Notes: generated by a model from the letters alone, not told the origin. DNA of 64,000 bases from Alphaproteobacteria bacterium (GCA_965205265.1 CBDBGH010000003.1:1760001-1824000), one strand, 5' to 3'; positions 10,186-22,663 are shown, counted from the stretch's first letter. Numbers and translations are program-made.

Positions 10186-10704
10186 ATGAAGCAAAACCTG
10201 CCACCGCGCCGCTCACGCGGCCGCAGCAACATGCGGAGCGGGCGTGCGCCTGCCCACCGCAACCAGGCCCTCGAAAGCAACGGACCGGAAGGACGGGTGC
10301 GCGGCACTGCGCAGCAGATCCTCGACCGCTATCTGGCAATGGCGCGCGACGCCCAGTCCAGCGGCGATTCGGTGCTGGCGGAAAACCTGTTCCAGCACGC
10401 CGAGCATTACCAGCGCCTGGTGGCGCAGTTTGCGCCGCCTCAGGCGCAACAGCAGCAGCAGCCGGCGCCGGCGGACGCTCAGCGCAACGCCGATGGCGCG
10501 CAGGCTTCCGAAGCCGAGGCCCGGCCCGACCGGGAAGCCGCCGACCGGCCCGAGGCCGAGGGAGGCGAATCGTCCAATCCCCGCCCGCGCCGCCGCCGCC
10601 GTCAGCGCAACGCTCCGGTCGAGGAGACCGCCGCTGAAACCGGCGAGGCGGTGCAGCCGCCGGACGGCGCCTCCGCCGAAGAAGCGACAGCCGAAGCGGT
10701 CTGA
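10186..10704 (+). CDS. DUF4167 domain protein
   Basis: ESNGPEGRVRGTAQQILDRYLAMARDAQSSGD..AENLFQHAEHYQR plus low-complexity tail; canonical position upstream of clpB. Confidence 0.92.
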   Translation: MKQNLPPRRSRGRSNMRSGRAPAHRNQALESNGPEGRVRGTAQQILDRYLAMARDAQSSGDSVLAENLFQHAEHYQRLVAQFAPPQAQQQQQPAPADAQRNADGAQASEAEARPDREAADRPEAEGGESSNPRPRRRRRQRNAPVEETAAETGEAVQPPDGASAEEATAEAV

Positions 10705-10737
10705 CCTCCGGTTGCGCGAGGGCGCGCGCGGCGTCTT

Positions 10738-10766
10738 CTTGCATGCGCCGCCGCCGGTTCCCATAT
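10738..10766 (+). promoter_or_regulatory. Putative RpoH (sigma32) promoter of clpB
   Basis: CTTG-N18-CCCATAT resembles the alphaproteobacterial heat-shock consensus, ~80 bp before the clpB ATG. Confidence 0.6.
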
Positions 10767-10842
10767 CCGTCTTCGAGCGGGAGCGGCGCGCAGGCTGCGG
10801 CCCTCCCGGCAAAGGCTCGCGTCTGAAGACGGAGACGGACAT

Positions 10843-13425
<2,583 letters not shown>

Positions 13426-13439
13426 TGGACCATTGAACG

Positions 13440-13479
13440 ATGTCAATTGCCGATGAATACTATTATCGGCAATTGACAT
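13440..13479. promoter_or_regulatory. 15-bp perfect inverted repeat overlapping the TA-operon -35 (likely operator)
   Basis: ATGTCAATTGCCGAT-N10-ATCGGCAATTGACAT; TTGACA 13473-13478, N17, TATACG. Confidence 0.65.
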
Positions 13480-13535
13480 AGTCTTTCCCCGATACTATAC
13501 GGTTTCATCCATGACATGGTATCGGAGTAATTGAC

Positions 13536-14006
13536 ATGGTGTCCCATGCCGCCGGGATGAGCCGCATCGCCGAAGGCTTGCCGACCAAGTCCAGCAAGAT
13601 CCGCGCGCTGGATGCAGCCGGCTACAAGCGCGCGGACATCGCGCGGTTCCTGGACATACGCTACCAGCATGTCCGCAACGTGCTCGTGCAGGGACCGCCG
13701 AAGTCCGAAAAGGATCGGTCGCCCCCCCAGCCCGATGGCCCCGGCAATGTCGAGTCGCAGAAATTGCGGATCGCCGAAGACGGGCGCGTCGTCATCCCGG
13801 CGGACATGCGCCGGGCGATGCTGGTCGATGAAACCGGTATGATCACCGCGCGGGTCGTGGACGGCGAGTTGCGGATACTGACGCCGGAAGCGGCGCTTCG
13901 CTCCCTGCAGCGGATGGTGCGAGAGGCTGTGCCGGAGGGCGTTTCCCTCGCCGATGAGTTGATAGCCGAGCGCCGCGCCGAAGCGCACCGCGAGGCCGGT
14001 GAGTGA
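13536..14006 (+). CDS. AbrB/MazE-type antitoxin with extra N-terminal HTH
   Basis: TKSSKIRALDAAGYKRADIARFLDIRYQHVRNVL (HTH-like), KLRIAEDGRVVIPADMRRAM (AbrB), SLADELIAERRAE; start may be 13557. Confidence 0.85.
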   Translation: MVSHAAGMSRIAEGLPTKSSKIRALDAAGYKRADIARFLDIRYQHVRNVLVQGPPKSEKDRSPPQPDGPGNVESQKLRIAEDGRVVIPADMRRAMLVDETGMITARVVDGELRILTPEAALRSLQRMVREAVPEGVSLADELIAERRAEAHREAGE

Positions 14007-14383
14007 AAATCGTTCTCGACGCCTCGGCGTTGCTGGCCCTGTTGCTCCGCGAGCCCGGCGCGGATTCAATCCGGGAGGTCCTTGCAGACGCAGCGATCAG
14101 CGCGGCCAATCTCGCCGAAGTGGTTGCGAAGCTGACGGATCTGGGATTCGACGACTCCAGGGTAATCGGCGCCGTGAGCGCCCTACCGCTGCAGGTCCAC
14201 GCATTCGATGCAGCGCAGGCATGGCGCGCCGGGCTGCTCCGCCGCGAGACACGGGCGCGCGGCCTGTCGCTCGGCGACCGCGCCTGCCTCGCCCTGGCGG
14301 AGGCATTGGAAGCACCCGCAATGACAATGGATCGCGCTTGGGCCGCGCTGGACCTGGAAGTCGAAGTCGTCGTTCCCCGATGA
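14003..14383 (+). CDS. vapC: VapC-family PIN toxin
   Basis: IVLDASALLALLLREPG, AANLAEV, GLSLGDRACLALA, TMDRAW; 4-bp overlap with the antitoxin. Confidence 0.92.
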   Translation: MKIVLDASALLALLLREPGADSIREVLADAAISAANLAEVVAKLTDLGFDDSRVIGAVSALPLQVHAFDAAQAWRAGLLRRETRARGLSLGDRACLALAEALEAPAMTMDRAWAALDLEVEVVVPR

Positions 14384-14395
14384 CCGGGCCGCCCG

Positions 14396-15172
14396 CTATT
14401 CGCCCCTGAAGTCCGGGCGGCGCTTCTCGACGAAGGAGGCGACGCCTTCGGCGAAATCGGCGCTCATGCGCAGCCGCCCGTAGGCCTGGCCCTCGATTTC
14501 CATGGCCTGTTCGAGCGGCGCGTTCTCGCCGGCGTTGAACACCTGCTTGAGCGTGCGCTGGGCGAGCGGGGAGAAACGCCGCAGCTCCTTCACCAGCGCA
14601 TCCGTTGCCGCTTCGAGCGCCGTGTCCTCGACAAGCTCGCAGGCGAGGCCCCAGTCGAAGGCTTCCCGCCCCGTGATCCTGCGGGCGCGCATGGCCACGT
14701 TCTTCGCGCGCGAAATGCCGATCATGCGCTGCAGCCGGGCCGAGCCGCCGGAGCCCGGAATCATGCCGAGATTGATCTCGGGCAGCGCAAGCCGGGCCGT
14801 TTCGGTCACAATGCGGAAGTCGCAGGCGAGCGCCAGTTCGAAGCCCACGCCCATGCAGAAACCGCGAATGGCGGCGATCACCGGCTTCGAGCAGCGTTCG
14901 GCGGCGGCGATGTTCTTGTGAAGCTGCGAGACCGTCTCCGGGCTCGCTTCCATGAAGCCCGGAATATCGCCGCCGCTGGTGAAATGCTCGCCCTCCCCCC
15001 GGACCACGACCGCGCGCACGGCCGGGTCGCGGTCGAATGCCTCAAAGGCCGCGCGCAGCAGCGGGCGCTGCGCCATCCGCACGACATTGAGCGGCGGGCG
15101 GTCGAGCACGATGTCCGCGCGCTCGTTCTCCGGATCGGTCTCGATGCGGAATCCGTCGGTCTCCAGTGTCAT
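14396..15172 (-). CDS. Enoyl-CoA hydratase/crotonase family protein, HmfE (2-oxoglutaroyl-CoA hydrolase)-like
   Basis: Crotonase motifs FTSGGD, KPVIAAIRG..GVGFELALACD, PE..LG.IPGSGG; N-terminus DGFRIE..ERADIVLDRPP resembles HmfE as recalled. Confidence 0.85.
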   Translation of the reverse strand: MTLETDGFRIETDPENERADIVLDRPPLNVVRMAQRPLLRAAFEAFDRDPAVRAVVVRGEGEHFTSGGDIPGFMEASPETVSQLHKNIAAAERCSKPVIAAIRGFCMGVGFELALACDFRIVTETARLALPEINLGMIPGSGGSARLQRMIGISRAKNVAMRARRITGREAFDWGLACELVEDTALEAATDALVKELRRFSPLAQRTLKQVFNAGENAPLEQAMEIEGQAYGRLRMSADFAEGVASFVEKRRPDFRGE

Positions 15173-15203
15173 GGCCGGTCGCCGTTCCTTGTCTCAAGTG
15201 TCT

Positions 15204-16829
15204 TCAATAGCCGAGCCGCCGGTCCCGGGCGGCGTCGCTCGGGTCGCGGTCTTCCGGCGCGCCGTGGCCGCCGCCGCCGGAGGTCTGGAGCAGGATGCGG
15301 TCTCCGCGGCGCACCGGCAGGTTCGAGACTTTGGAGCCGAGCTCTACCGCCTCGCCGGCGCGCGTCAGCACGGAGCGCCCCGGCGCGCCGGAACCGCCGC
15401 CGGCAAGCCCGTAGGGCGGAACCCAGAAGCGGTCGTAATTAGTGGACAGCATGCCCTCCCCGGCGTCCAGCCGGAACTCGCGCCGGAGGCCGAGACCGCC
15501 GCGCCGCCTGCCCTCGCCGCCGCTGCCGGGCGCAAGCCCGTATTCGGTGACGGTGAGCGGATAGAGGCTCTCCACCATTTCGATGGGCGTGTTGGCGAGA
15601 TTGTGCAGGCAGGCCGAGAGCGCATTCGCCCCGTCGGCCTCGGGATGCGCGCCCCAGCCGCCAACCTCGATGTCGAAATAGACCTCGGGCCGGCCGGACC
15701 GCCCCTTGAGGCCCAGCGCATAGACATAGCTCACGCCGTAATAGGCGGCGGAAATGCGCTCCGGCGCCGCCTGGCCGAGCGCGCCCAGCACGGTGGTGAC
15801 GATCCGGTGCGCCGTCGCCATGCGGTTGGCGACGGGCGCAGGCGGCAGCGCATTGCAGATCGTGCCCTCGCGCGCCGCGATCCCGACCGGCCGGTAGGCG
15901 CCGGAATTGGCGGGAACCTCCAGCCCGGCGGCGCACATGAAGGCGCAATAGACGGCCGATTTCGACATGTTGAGCGTGCAATTGACGGGCCCCGCGGCCT
16001 GCGGGCCCGAAGCGGAGAGATCGACCTGCGCCGTCTCGCCGTCGATCCGCACCTCGGCGGCGATCAGGCGCGGTTCGTCGGTGATGCCGTCGTCGTCCAC
16101 GAAATCCTCGAAGCGGTAGGCGCCGTCCGGGATGCCGGCGATGGCCGCGCGCATCGCGGCTTCCGAGCGGTCGAGAATGCGGTCGGTCGCAGCCTGGAGC
16201 CGCTCCGGGCCGAAGCGTTCCGCCAGCCGCAGCACGCCGGCCGCGCCGATGTCGAGCGAGGCCAGCTGCGCCTCGAAATCGCCGCGCACCTTCTCCGGTT
16301 CGCGGGTATTGGCGTAGAAAACGCCGAGCAGCGCAGTGTTGACCCGGCCGGCCTCGACCACCTTGCAGGGCGGGATCCGCAGCCCCTCCTGGTAAATCTC
16401 CCGCGCCTTGGCGTCGTAGCTGCCGGGGGCGCCGCCGCCGACATCGGTGTGGTGCGTCAGCGTGCCGGTAATCGCGATCCGCCGGCCCCGGAAATAGACC
16501 GGCTTGAAAGTCAGCACATCGGGCAGGTGCTGGCCGCCGGCATAGGGGTCGTTGGTGACGATGACATCGCCCTCCCGCCAGTCCGCCAGTGGGATGGGCC
16601 CGGCGAGGATGCCCTCGAGGCAGGTCGCCATGGAATTCAGGTGGATGGCGATGCGCGCGGACTGCGCAACATTTCGTCCCTCCGCGTCGAACACGGCGGT
16701 CGAATAGTCGAGCGTTTCGCGCACGACGGTGGAGCGGGCCGTGCGCCAGATGGTGACATTCATGTCCTCCGCCGCCGCGACCAGCGCGTTGCGGATGATC
16801 TCGATGTCGATAGGGCTGAGATCGGTCAT
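15204..16829 (-). CDS. Hydantoinase B/oxoprolinase family subunit
   Basis: Start MTDLSPIDIE; RTARSTVVRETLDYS, TNDPYAGGQHLPD, HHTDVGG, YQEGLRIP, NTPIEMVE, DRILLQTSGGGG. Confidence 0.93.
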   Translation of the reverse strand: MTDLSPIDIEIIRNALVAAAEDMNVTIWRTARSTVVRETLDYSTAVFDAEGRNVAQSARIAIHLNSMATCLEGILAGPIPLADWREGDVIVTNDPYAGGQHLPDVLTFKPVYFRGRRIAITGTLTHHTDVGGGAPGSYDAKAREIYQEGLRIPPCKVVEAGRVNTALLGVFYANTREPEKVRGDFEAQLASLDIGAAGVLRLAERFGPERLQAATDRILDRSEAAMRAAIAGIPDGAYRFEDFVDDDGITDEPRLIAAEVRIDGETAQVDLSASGPQAAGPVNCTLNMSKSAVYCAFMCAAGLEVPANSGAYRPVGIAAREGTICNALPPAPVANRMATAHRIVTTVLGALGQAAPERISAAYYGVSYVYALGLKGRSGRPEVYFDIEVGGWGAHPEADGANALSACLHNLANTPIEMVESLYPLTVTEYGLAPGSGGEGRRRGGLGLRREFRLDAGEGMLSTNYDRFWVPPYGLAGGGSGAPGRSVLTRAGEAVELGSKVSNLPVRRGDRILLQTSGGGGHGAPEDRDPSDAARDRRLGY

Positions 16830-18844
16830 TTGCCTTCTCCCCCGCGCCGCGCAACCAGATGGCCTCCGGACGACATCGCAAGGCGCCATCCCGGCGGCAC
16901 CAGCAGCGTCGCATGGGCTTCCTCGACGATGACAGGCCCCTCGACCGCCTCCGGCAGGCGGTCGCGGTCATAGATTGCAACAGGCCGCCAGCCTCCTCCG
17001 ATCCAGACATGGCGTTCGCCCTTCGGCCCGGCGTCCATTGCGTCGGGCGGCCTTATGGCGGGCTTCGGCAGAAGGCCTCTGGCGGTCGCGCGCAAGGTGA
17101 CGATCTCGACCGGCGCGCTCCGGTCGGAGTGCGCATAGCGCGCCTGGTGCAGGTCGTGGAAATCGGCGACCAGCCGGGCGAGGGAGCGCTTGTTCGGCCG
17201 CACATCGCCCCAGGGAACCAGCAGTTCGTATGCCTGGCCGCGATAGCGCATGTCGGCCGCGAGACGGATCCGGCGCGCGTCTTCGGCAATGCGGTCGGCG
17301 GCAAGCAGCGCATGGCCCTCCCCGGCCAGTTCCGCCGCCAGCTGCGCCAGCACCGGCAGCGCGCTCTCCTCCGCATCCAGCAGGCGCGAGCGCGCCACGT
17401 CATGGGCAATGTCGGCGGTCAGGATACCGCGCGCCGAGAAGGTGCCGGGGTCCCGCGGGAACACCACCTCCGCCATTTCCAGTTCCTCCGCAAGGCTCAC
17501 GGCATGCAGGCCGCCCGCCCCGCCGAAGGCGGCGATGGCGAAGTCACGCGGGTCCGCGCCCTTCTCGAACAGGCTGAGTTTGATGGCGGACGCCATATGC
17601 GCGTTGACGACGGCGAGAATGCCCTCGGCGGCCTCCTCCACGCCGAGCCCGAGCGGCCCCGCCACCCGTTCCGCCACGGCGGCCCGCGCAAGGGCGGCGT
17701 CGAGCTTAAGCGCGCCGCCGAGGAAGAAGTCCGGGTCCAGCCGGCCGAGTACGATATTGGCGTCGGTGACGGTTGGCTCGGCGCCGCCCCTCCCGTAAGC
17801 CGCCGGGCCTGGATCGGCGCCCGCGCTTGCAGGCCCCACGCTAAGCGCCCCGCCTGGCGCCACGGAGGCGATGGAGCCGCCGCCCGCGCCGATGGTGCGC
17901 ATCTCCACCATCGGCAGGCGCACCGGCAGGCCGTCGATCTCGCCTTCCGTCACCACCGACACATCGAAACTGGTGCCGCCCATATCGACCGCCACCAGGT
18001 TCGGCCGCTCAAGCACGCCCGAGAGGTCGGCCGCCGCCATCGCGCCGCCCGAGGGCCCGGAAAGCAGCAGGCGCACGGGCAGCCGCGCCGCCTGGGACGG
18101 CGTCGTCACCCCTCCGTTGGACTGCACGAGATAGAGCCGCGCCGAGAGTCTGGCATCCCGGAGCCGCGCTTCGAGCCGCGCCAGATAGTCGTTCACCACC
18201 GGCACGAGCAGGGCGTTGAGCACCGTGGTCGAAGCCCGCTCGAACTCGCGGATCTCGGGGCTCACATCGGAGGACAGCGACACCGGGATGCCGGGCGCTG
18301 CCCCGATCAGTATTTCCTCCACGCGGCGCTCATGCGAGGGGTCCCGATAGGCATGCAGGAACGCGACGGCGACGGCGCCGATGCCCGCCTCGGATATCTC
18401 GCGCGCAATGCCGGCGACGGCTTCCTCGTCGAGCGGCGTTTCCTCGCTGCCGTCCCAGCGTATCCGCCCCTCGACGCCGTAGCGCCGGTCGCGGGGCACC
18501 AGCACCGTCTGGGGCGTCGGCTTCAGTGTATAGGGCTCGCGGCGGACATGCCGGCCGATTTCCAGCACATCGGCAAAGCCCCTGTTGGCGATCAGTGCGC
18601 CTTCCGGCAGCTTGCGCTCCAGCACGGCATTGGTGGCGATGGTCGTGCCGTGCAGGATGAACCCGACCTCCCCCGGCCCGAAGCCGAGGCGTTCCTTCGC
18701 TTCGGCGATGCCTGCAAGCAGCCCCTCGGACGGGTCCGCCGGCGTGGTCGGAGTCTTGAGCGCATGGGCTTCGCCGGTTTCCGCGTCCAGCACCATCAGG
18801 TCCGTGAAGGTGCCTCCGACATCGACGCCGATGCGGTATTTCAT
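16826..18844 (-). CDS. Hydantoinase A/oxoprolinase family subunit
   Basis: GVDVGGTFTD, HGTTIATNA, EFERASTT, SGPSGG, DMGGTSFD, IGAGGGS, PTVTDAN, FGGAGGLH. Confidence 0.94.
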   Translation of the reverse strand: MKYRIGVDVGGTFTDLMVLDAETGEAHALKTPTTPADPSEGLLAGIAEAKERLGFGPGEVGFILHGTTIATNAVLERKLPEGALIANRGFADVLEIGRHVRREPYTLKPTPQTVLVPRDRRYGVEGRIRWDGSEETPLDEEAVAGIAREISEAGIGAVAVAFLHAYRDPSHERRVEEILIGAAPGIPVSLSSDVSPEIREFERASTTVLNALLVPVVNDYLARLEARLRDARLSARLYLVQSNGGVTTPSQAARLPVRLLLSGPSGGAMAAADLSGVLERPNLVAVDMGGTSFDVSVVTEGEIDGLPVRLPMVEMRTIGAGGGSIASVAPGGALSVGPASAGADPGPAAYGRGGAEPTVTDANIVLGRLDPDFFLGGALKLDAALARAAVAERVAGPLGLGVEEAAEGILAVVNAHMASAIKLSLFEKGADPRDFAIAAFGGAGGLHAVSLAEELEMAEVVFPRDPGTFSARGILTADIAHDVARSRLLDAEESALPVLAQLAAELAGEGHALLAADRIAEDARRIRLAADMRYRGQAYELLVPWGDVRPNKRSLARLVADFHDLHQARYAHSDRSAPVEIVTLRATARGLLPKPAIRPPDAMDAGPKGERHVWIGGGWRPVAIYDRDRLPEAVEGPVIVEEAHATLLVPPGWRLAMSSGGHLVARRGGEGK

Positions 18845-18859
18845 ATGCTCGGTCGCCCC

Positions 18860-19498
18860 TCAGATGTCGGACGGGAAACGGCGGTGGATTTCGGCCACCT
18901 GCTCCGGAGTCAACGGCCGGGTCTTCATGCCCTGCAGGGCGAGGAACAATTTGGCCGTCTCCTCCAGCTCCTCCGTGGCATAGACGGCGTCGGCTAGGGA
19001 CCTGCCCGCCACCACAGGCCCGTGATTGGCCAGCAGCATGGCGTGATGGTCGGAGGCCATCTCGCGCACCGCCCTGGCAAGGTCGATATCGCCCGGCGGA
19101 AAATAGGGAATGAGCGGCAGCGTGCCCACGCGCATGACGTAATAGGCCGTCAGAGGCGGCAGCACATCCGCCTCGTCGATCTCCGCCAGGCAGCTCACCG
19201 CGACCGAATGCGTCGAATGCAGATGGACGACCGCCCCCGCCTTTGGCCGGCGCTCATACACGGCGATATGCAGGAAGGCTTCCTTAGTCGGCGCGTCGCC
19301 CGAGACATGGGTCCCGGCGGCGTCCAGCCGGGAAATCCGCGCCGGGTCCAGATCGCCCATGCTCGAGCCGGTCGGCGTCATCAGCCAACCGTCGTCCAGC
19401 CGGACGCTGATATTCCCCGTCGAGCCGAAGGTCAGGCCCCGGTCGAACAGCGACTTGGCCATGCCCGCGATCCGGTCTCGCAGCTTTGCCTCGCTCAC
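18860..19498 (-). CDS. otnC: Class II aldolase family, 3-oxo-tetronate 4-phosphate decarboxylase (OtnC/YgbL)
   Basis: GTG start overlapping the otnK stop; SLFDRGLTFGSTGNIS, PTKEAFLH, VVHLHSTHSVA, LLANHGPVV, EELEETAKL. Confidence 0.88.
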   Translation of the reverse strand: MSEAKLRDRIAGMAKSLFDRGLTFGSTGNISVRLDDGWLMTPTGSSMGDLDPARISRLDAAGTHVSGDAPTKEAFLHIAVYERRPKAGAVVHLHSTHSVAVSCLAEIDEADVLPPLTAYYVMRVGTLPLIPYFPPGDIDLARAVREMASDHHAMLLANHGPVVAGRSLADAVYATEELEETAKLFLALQGMKTRPLTPEQVAEIHRRFPSDI

Positions 19499-20605
19499 GG
19501 CAGCATCCCGAAGGCGTCGGCGAAAAACGTCTCCGCGCCGAAGTTCCCGGATTTGAGCGCAAGCGCAAGGGGCCTGCCGCCGACGGCCTCCGTCCACGGA
19601 ACGCCGGGCGCGATTTCGGGGCCGATGCGCAAGGCGGCCGCCCCAAGGGCCGAGACGACGGCGCCCGATGTTTCCCCCCCGGCGACGACAATGCGCGAGA
19701 AGCCGTTATCGGCAAGTGCACCGGCAATCCTCTCGAAGGCGGATTCGAACATGCGCCCTGCCCCTTCGACACCGTAGCGGGCCTGCACCGCCGAGACTTC
19801 CTCCGGCCCGGCGGACGCATAGACCAGTACCGGCTTGCCGGTCGGGCGGGTGAGCGCCCAGGCTATGGCGTCCTCAACCTCACCCGGCCCTGCGGCCAGC
19901 CCGTCGGGATCGATCTTGCGGGCGGGCCAGAGTCCCTCGACAGCCGCGATCTGCGCCCTGGTGGCGGCCGAGCAACTACCCGCCAGCACGACTTCCCGGC
20001 CCGCCGCCTCCGGCAGGACCGGCGCGGACCCGGCCGAAAGCAGGCCCGACCTGCGGAAATTCTCCGGCAGGCCCATGCCGATCCCCGAGCCTCCCGTGAC
20101 CAGCCTGTGGTCCGCCGCCGCCTCACCGACCCGGCGCAAATCGGCGTCCGCAACGGCATCGACGACCCCGTATCGCACACCGTCGGCCTTCAGCGCCGCG
20201 ATGCGCGATCGGATTGCGACGACGCCCGCGCTCACATCCTGCAGCGGCACCAGCCCCACCCGGCCCTGCGACTGCGCCGCCATCAGCCGGATCAGGCTGG
20301 AATCCCGCATCGGCGTCAGCGGGTGGTCCTTCATCGGCGACTCGGAAAGCAGCATGTCGCCGACATAGAGATAGCCCCGGTAGATCGTGCGCCCGTTGGT
20401 CGGAAAGGCGGGGCAGACCAGCGCGAAGTCCGCGTCGAGCGCATCCGCCAGCGCATCGGCGACGGGGCCGATATTGCCCTTCTCGGTGGAATCGAAGGTG
20501 GAGCAGTATTTGAAGACGATCTGCCGGGCGCCCGCCTCCCGCAGCCACCGGAGCGCCTCCAGCGAGCTCTCCACAGCTTCGTCCACCGGCGCGGTTCGCG
20601 ACTTG

Positions 20606-20676
20606 AGCGCCACCACGACCGCCTCCGCATCGCCGATATCCGCGCCCGTGCCCGGCACGCCGACGGTCTGCACCGT
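20606..20676. repeat. 71-bp target-site duplication, left copy (IS copy 1)
   Basis: Identical to 22593-22663 (AGCGCCACC...CTGCACCGT). Confidence 0.95.
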
Positions 20677-22592
20677 CCTGACTTCGACGGTTGGGCTGAC
20701 TTCTGACCGATCTCGCGTCTGGAGTTTTCAGTAAAGCCAATGAGTTGGCAGTTGCGGTGCGGTCAAGCTGCGTTGTAGTGCCTAGTAAATCTTTGAGACT
20801 GTCAATGCCTCCGCCACGCGCTACACTCCCCCCATGTTCGTGCGCATCAAGACCTCCCCCAACAGCCCGCGACGCTCGGTCCAGATCGTCGAGGCCGTGC
20901 GCGACGGCGGCAAGGTCCGACAGCGCATCGTCCGCCATGTCGGCGTGGCCATGGACGAGGACGAGCTCGAGCGCCTGAGGCAGCTCGGCGAGTACGTCAA
21001 GGCGAAGCTGGAGGACGAGCGTCAGCCGGCATTGTTTGCGCCCGAGAAGATCGCTGAGCAGGCGATCCGTGTCGGCCGCCGGGGGGACGGCAAGGAGGAA
21101 CTCCCGGTCGACCTCAAGCAGCTTGAAGAGGAGCAGCGCCTGATCACAGGCATCCACGAGGTCTATGGCGAGATCTACCGGCTGCTGGGCCTCGACGCGC
21201 TGCTGCCGCGCTCGCGCTACCGGGCCTCCCATGACGCGCTGTTCCATGTGGTGATGGCGCGGGTAGCCAACCCCGACAGCAAGCGGGGCAGCGTGCGCCG
21301 GCTCGAGGAGGACTTCGGCGTGAGTCTTCCGCTCGAGAAGGTCTACCGGATGATGGATCAGCTCGACGCGACGGTGATCGAGCGACTGCGCACGCGCGTC
21401 GGCGAGGCGAGCCGGTCGCTGCTGCCGGAGCCGGTCGCGATCCTCTTCTTCGATTGCACCACGCTCTACTTCGAGACGGCCGCCGAGGACGAGCTTCGCC
21501 AGCACGGCTTCAGCAAGGACGGCAAACACAAGGACTCGCAGGTTCTGCTGGCGCTGATGGTGACGCGCGAAGGGCTGCCGATCAGCTACGAGGTCTTCCC
21601 CGGCGCCACCTACGAGGGACACAGCATGGTCCCGGTCCTGCAGGACATGCAGCGCCGCCACCAGGTGGAGCGCACGGTATGCGTGGCCGACCGGGGCATG
21701 CTGAGCGCCGACAACCTCGACGCCATGGACGCCATCGGCGGCGAGTATGTCGTCGGCGCGCGGCTGCGCAAGCTGCCGCTCGCGCTGCTGGGGCAGGTTC
21801 TCGACCCCGGGACCTATGCCCCGCTGGAGGGCTCACAGGACCGCCGGGTCGGCGAGTGGGAGTACAAGGGCCGTCGCCTGATCGTCGTCTTCTGCCCCCA
21901 GCGCGCACGCAAGGACGCGCACGAGCGCCGCCATCAGGTGGAACGCCTGCTCGACAGGCTGGCCCGCAGCGACAATCCCAGGGAACTGCTCTCCAATCAC
22001 GGGGCGAAGCGCTTCATCGCCGTCGAGGGCGACGCACGGCTCACGGTGAACCCGGAGAAGATCGCCGAGGCCGCACGATGGGACGGGCTCACCGGCGTCA
22101 TCACCAATCTGCGCGACGCGCGCGTCACCGAAGTGATGGCTCACTACCAGGGGCTCTGGCAGGTCGAGGAGAGCTTCCGGATCACCAAACACGACCTGAA
22201 GATACGTCCCATCTGGCACTGGAACCCGGACCGGATCCGCGCTCACATCGCCATCGCCTTCCTGGCCTTCGCCTGCGTTCGACACCTTGCGTACCGCGTC
22301 GCCATCCAGAAGCGGCGGATGTCCCCGGAGGTCATCCGCTCCGCCCTCGTCCACCGCCAGTGCTCCCTGCTGCGCTGTCGGCAATCGGGCAACCGCTACG
22401 TCATCCCCTCGAAGCCGACACCGGCGGCGGAGCAGATTTACGCAACCATGGGGCTGCCCCTGACGATCACCCCGTATCAACTCGCCTGACCGTCGACGAA
22501 GCACGGCTCGAAGAAATGCCGGATGTAGTGCCTAGCCGAAATGAGAACCAGGCAATATCAACTACTTATGCGAATCAACCGTCGAAGTCAGG
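20677..22592 (+). mobile_element. IS1634-family insertion sequence, copy 1 (1,916 bp)
   Basis: 17-bp terminal inverted repeats CCTGACTTCGACGGTTG / CAACCGTCGAAGTCAGG; single 551-aa transposase; boundary ambiguous by 1 bp at each end. Confidence 0.95.
20834..22489 (+). CDS. IS1634-family DDE transposase
   Basis: FFDCTTLYFE (D), GFSKDGK, YEVFPG, VCVADRGM (D), YQGLWQVEESFRITK (E), IRPIWHW..RIRAHIAIAFLA. Confidence 0.95.
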   Translation: MFVRIKTSPNSPRRSVQIVEAVRDGGKVRQRIVRHVGVAMDEDELERLRQLGEYVKAKLEDERQPALFAPEKIAEQAIRVGRRGDGKEELPVDLKQLEEEQRLITGIHEVYGEIYRLLGLDALLPRSRYRASHDALFHVVMARVANPDSKRGSVRRLEEDFGVSLPLEKVYRMMDQLDATVIERLRTRVGEASRSLLPEPVAILFFDCTTLYFETAAEDELRQHGFSKDGKHKDSQVLLALMVTREGLPISYEVFPGATYEGHSMVPVLQDMQRRHQVERTVCVADRGMLSADNLDAMDAIGGEYVVGARLRKLPLALLGQVLDPGTYAPLEGSQDRRVGEWEYKGRRLIVVFCPQRARKDAHERRHQVERLLDRLARSDNPRELLSNHGAKRFIAVEGDARLTVNPEKIAEAARWDGLTGVITNLRDARVTEVMAHYQGLWQVEESFRITKHDLKIRPIWHWNPDRIRAHIAIAFLAFACVRHLAYRVAIQKRRMSPEVIRSALVHRQCSLLRCRQSGNRYVIPSKPTPAAEQIYATMGLPLTITPYQLA

Positions 22593-22663
22593 AGCGCCAC
22601 CACGACCGCCTCCGCATCGCCGATATCCGCGCCCGTGCCCGGCACGCCGACGGTCTGCACCGT
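22593..22663. repeat. 71-bp target-site duplication, right copy (IS copy 1)
   Basis: Identical to 20606-20676. Confidence 0.95.
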
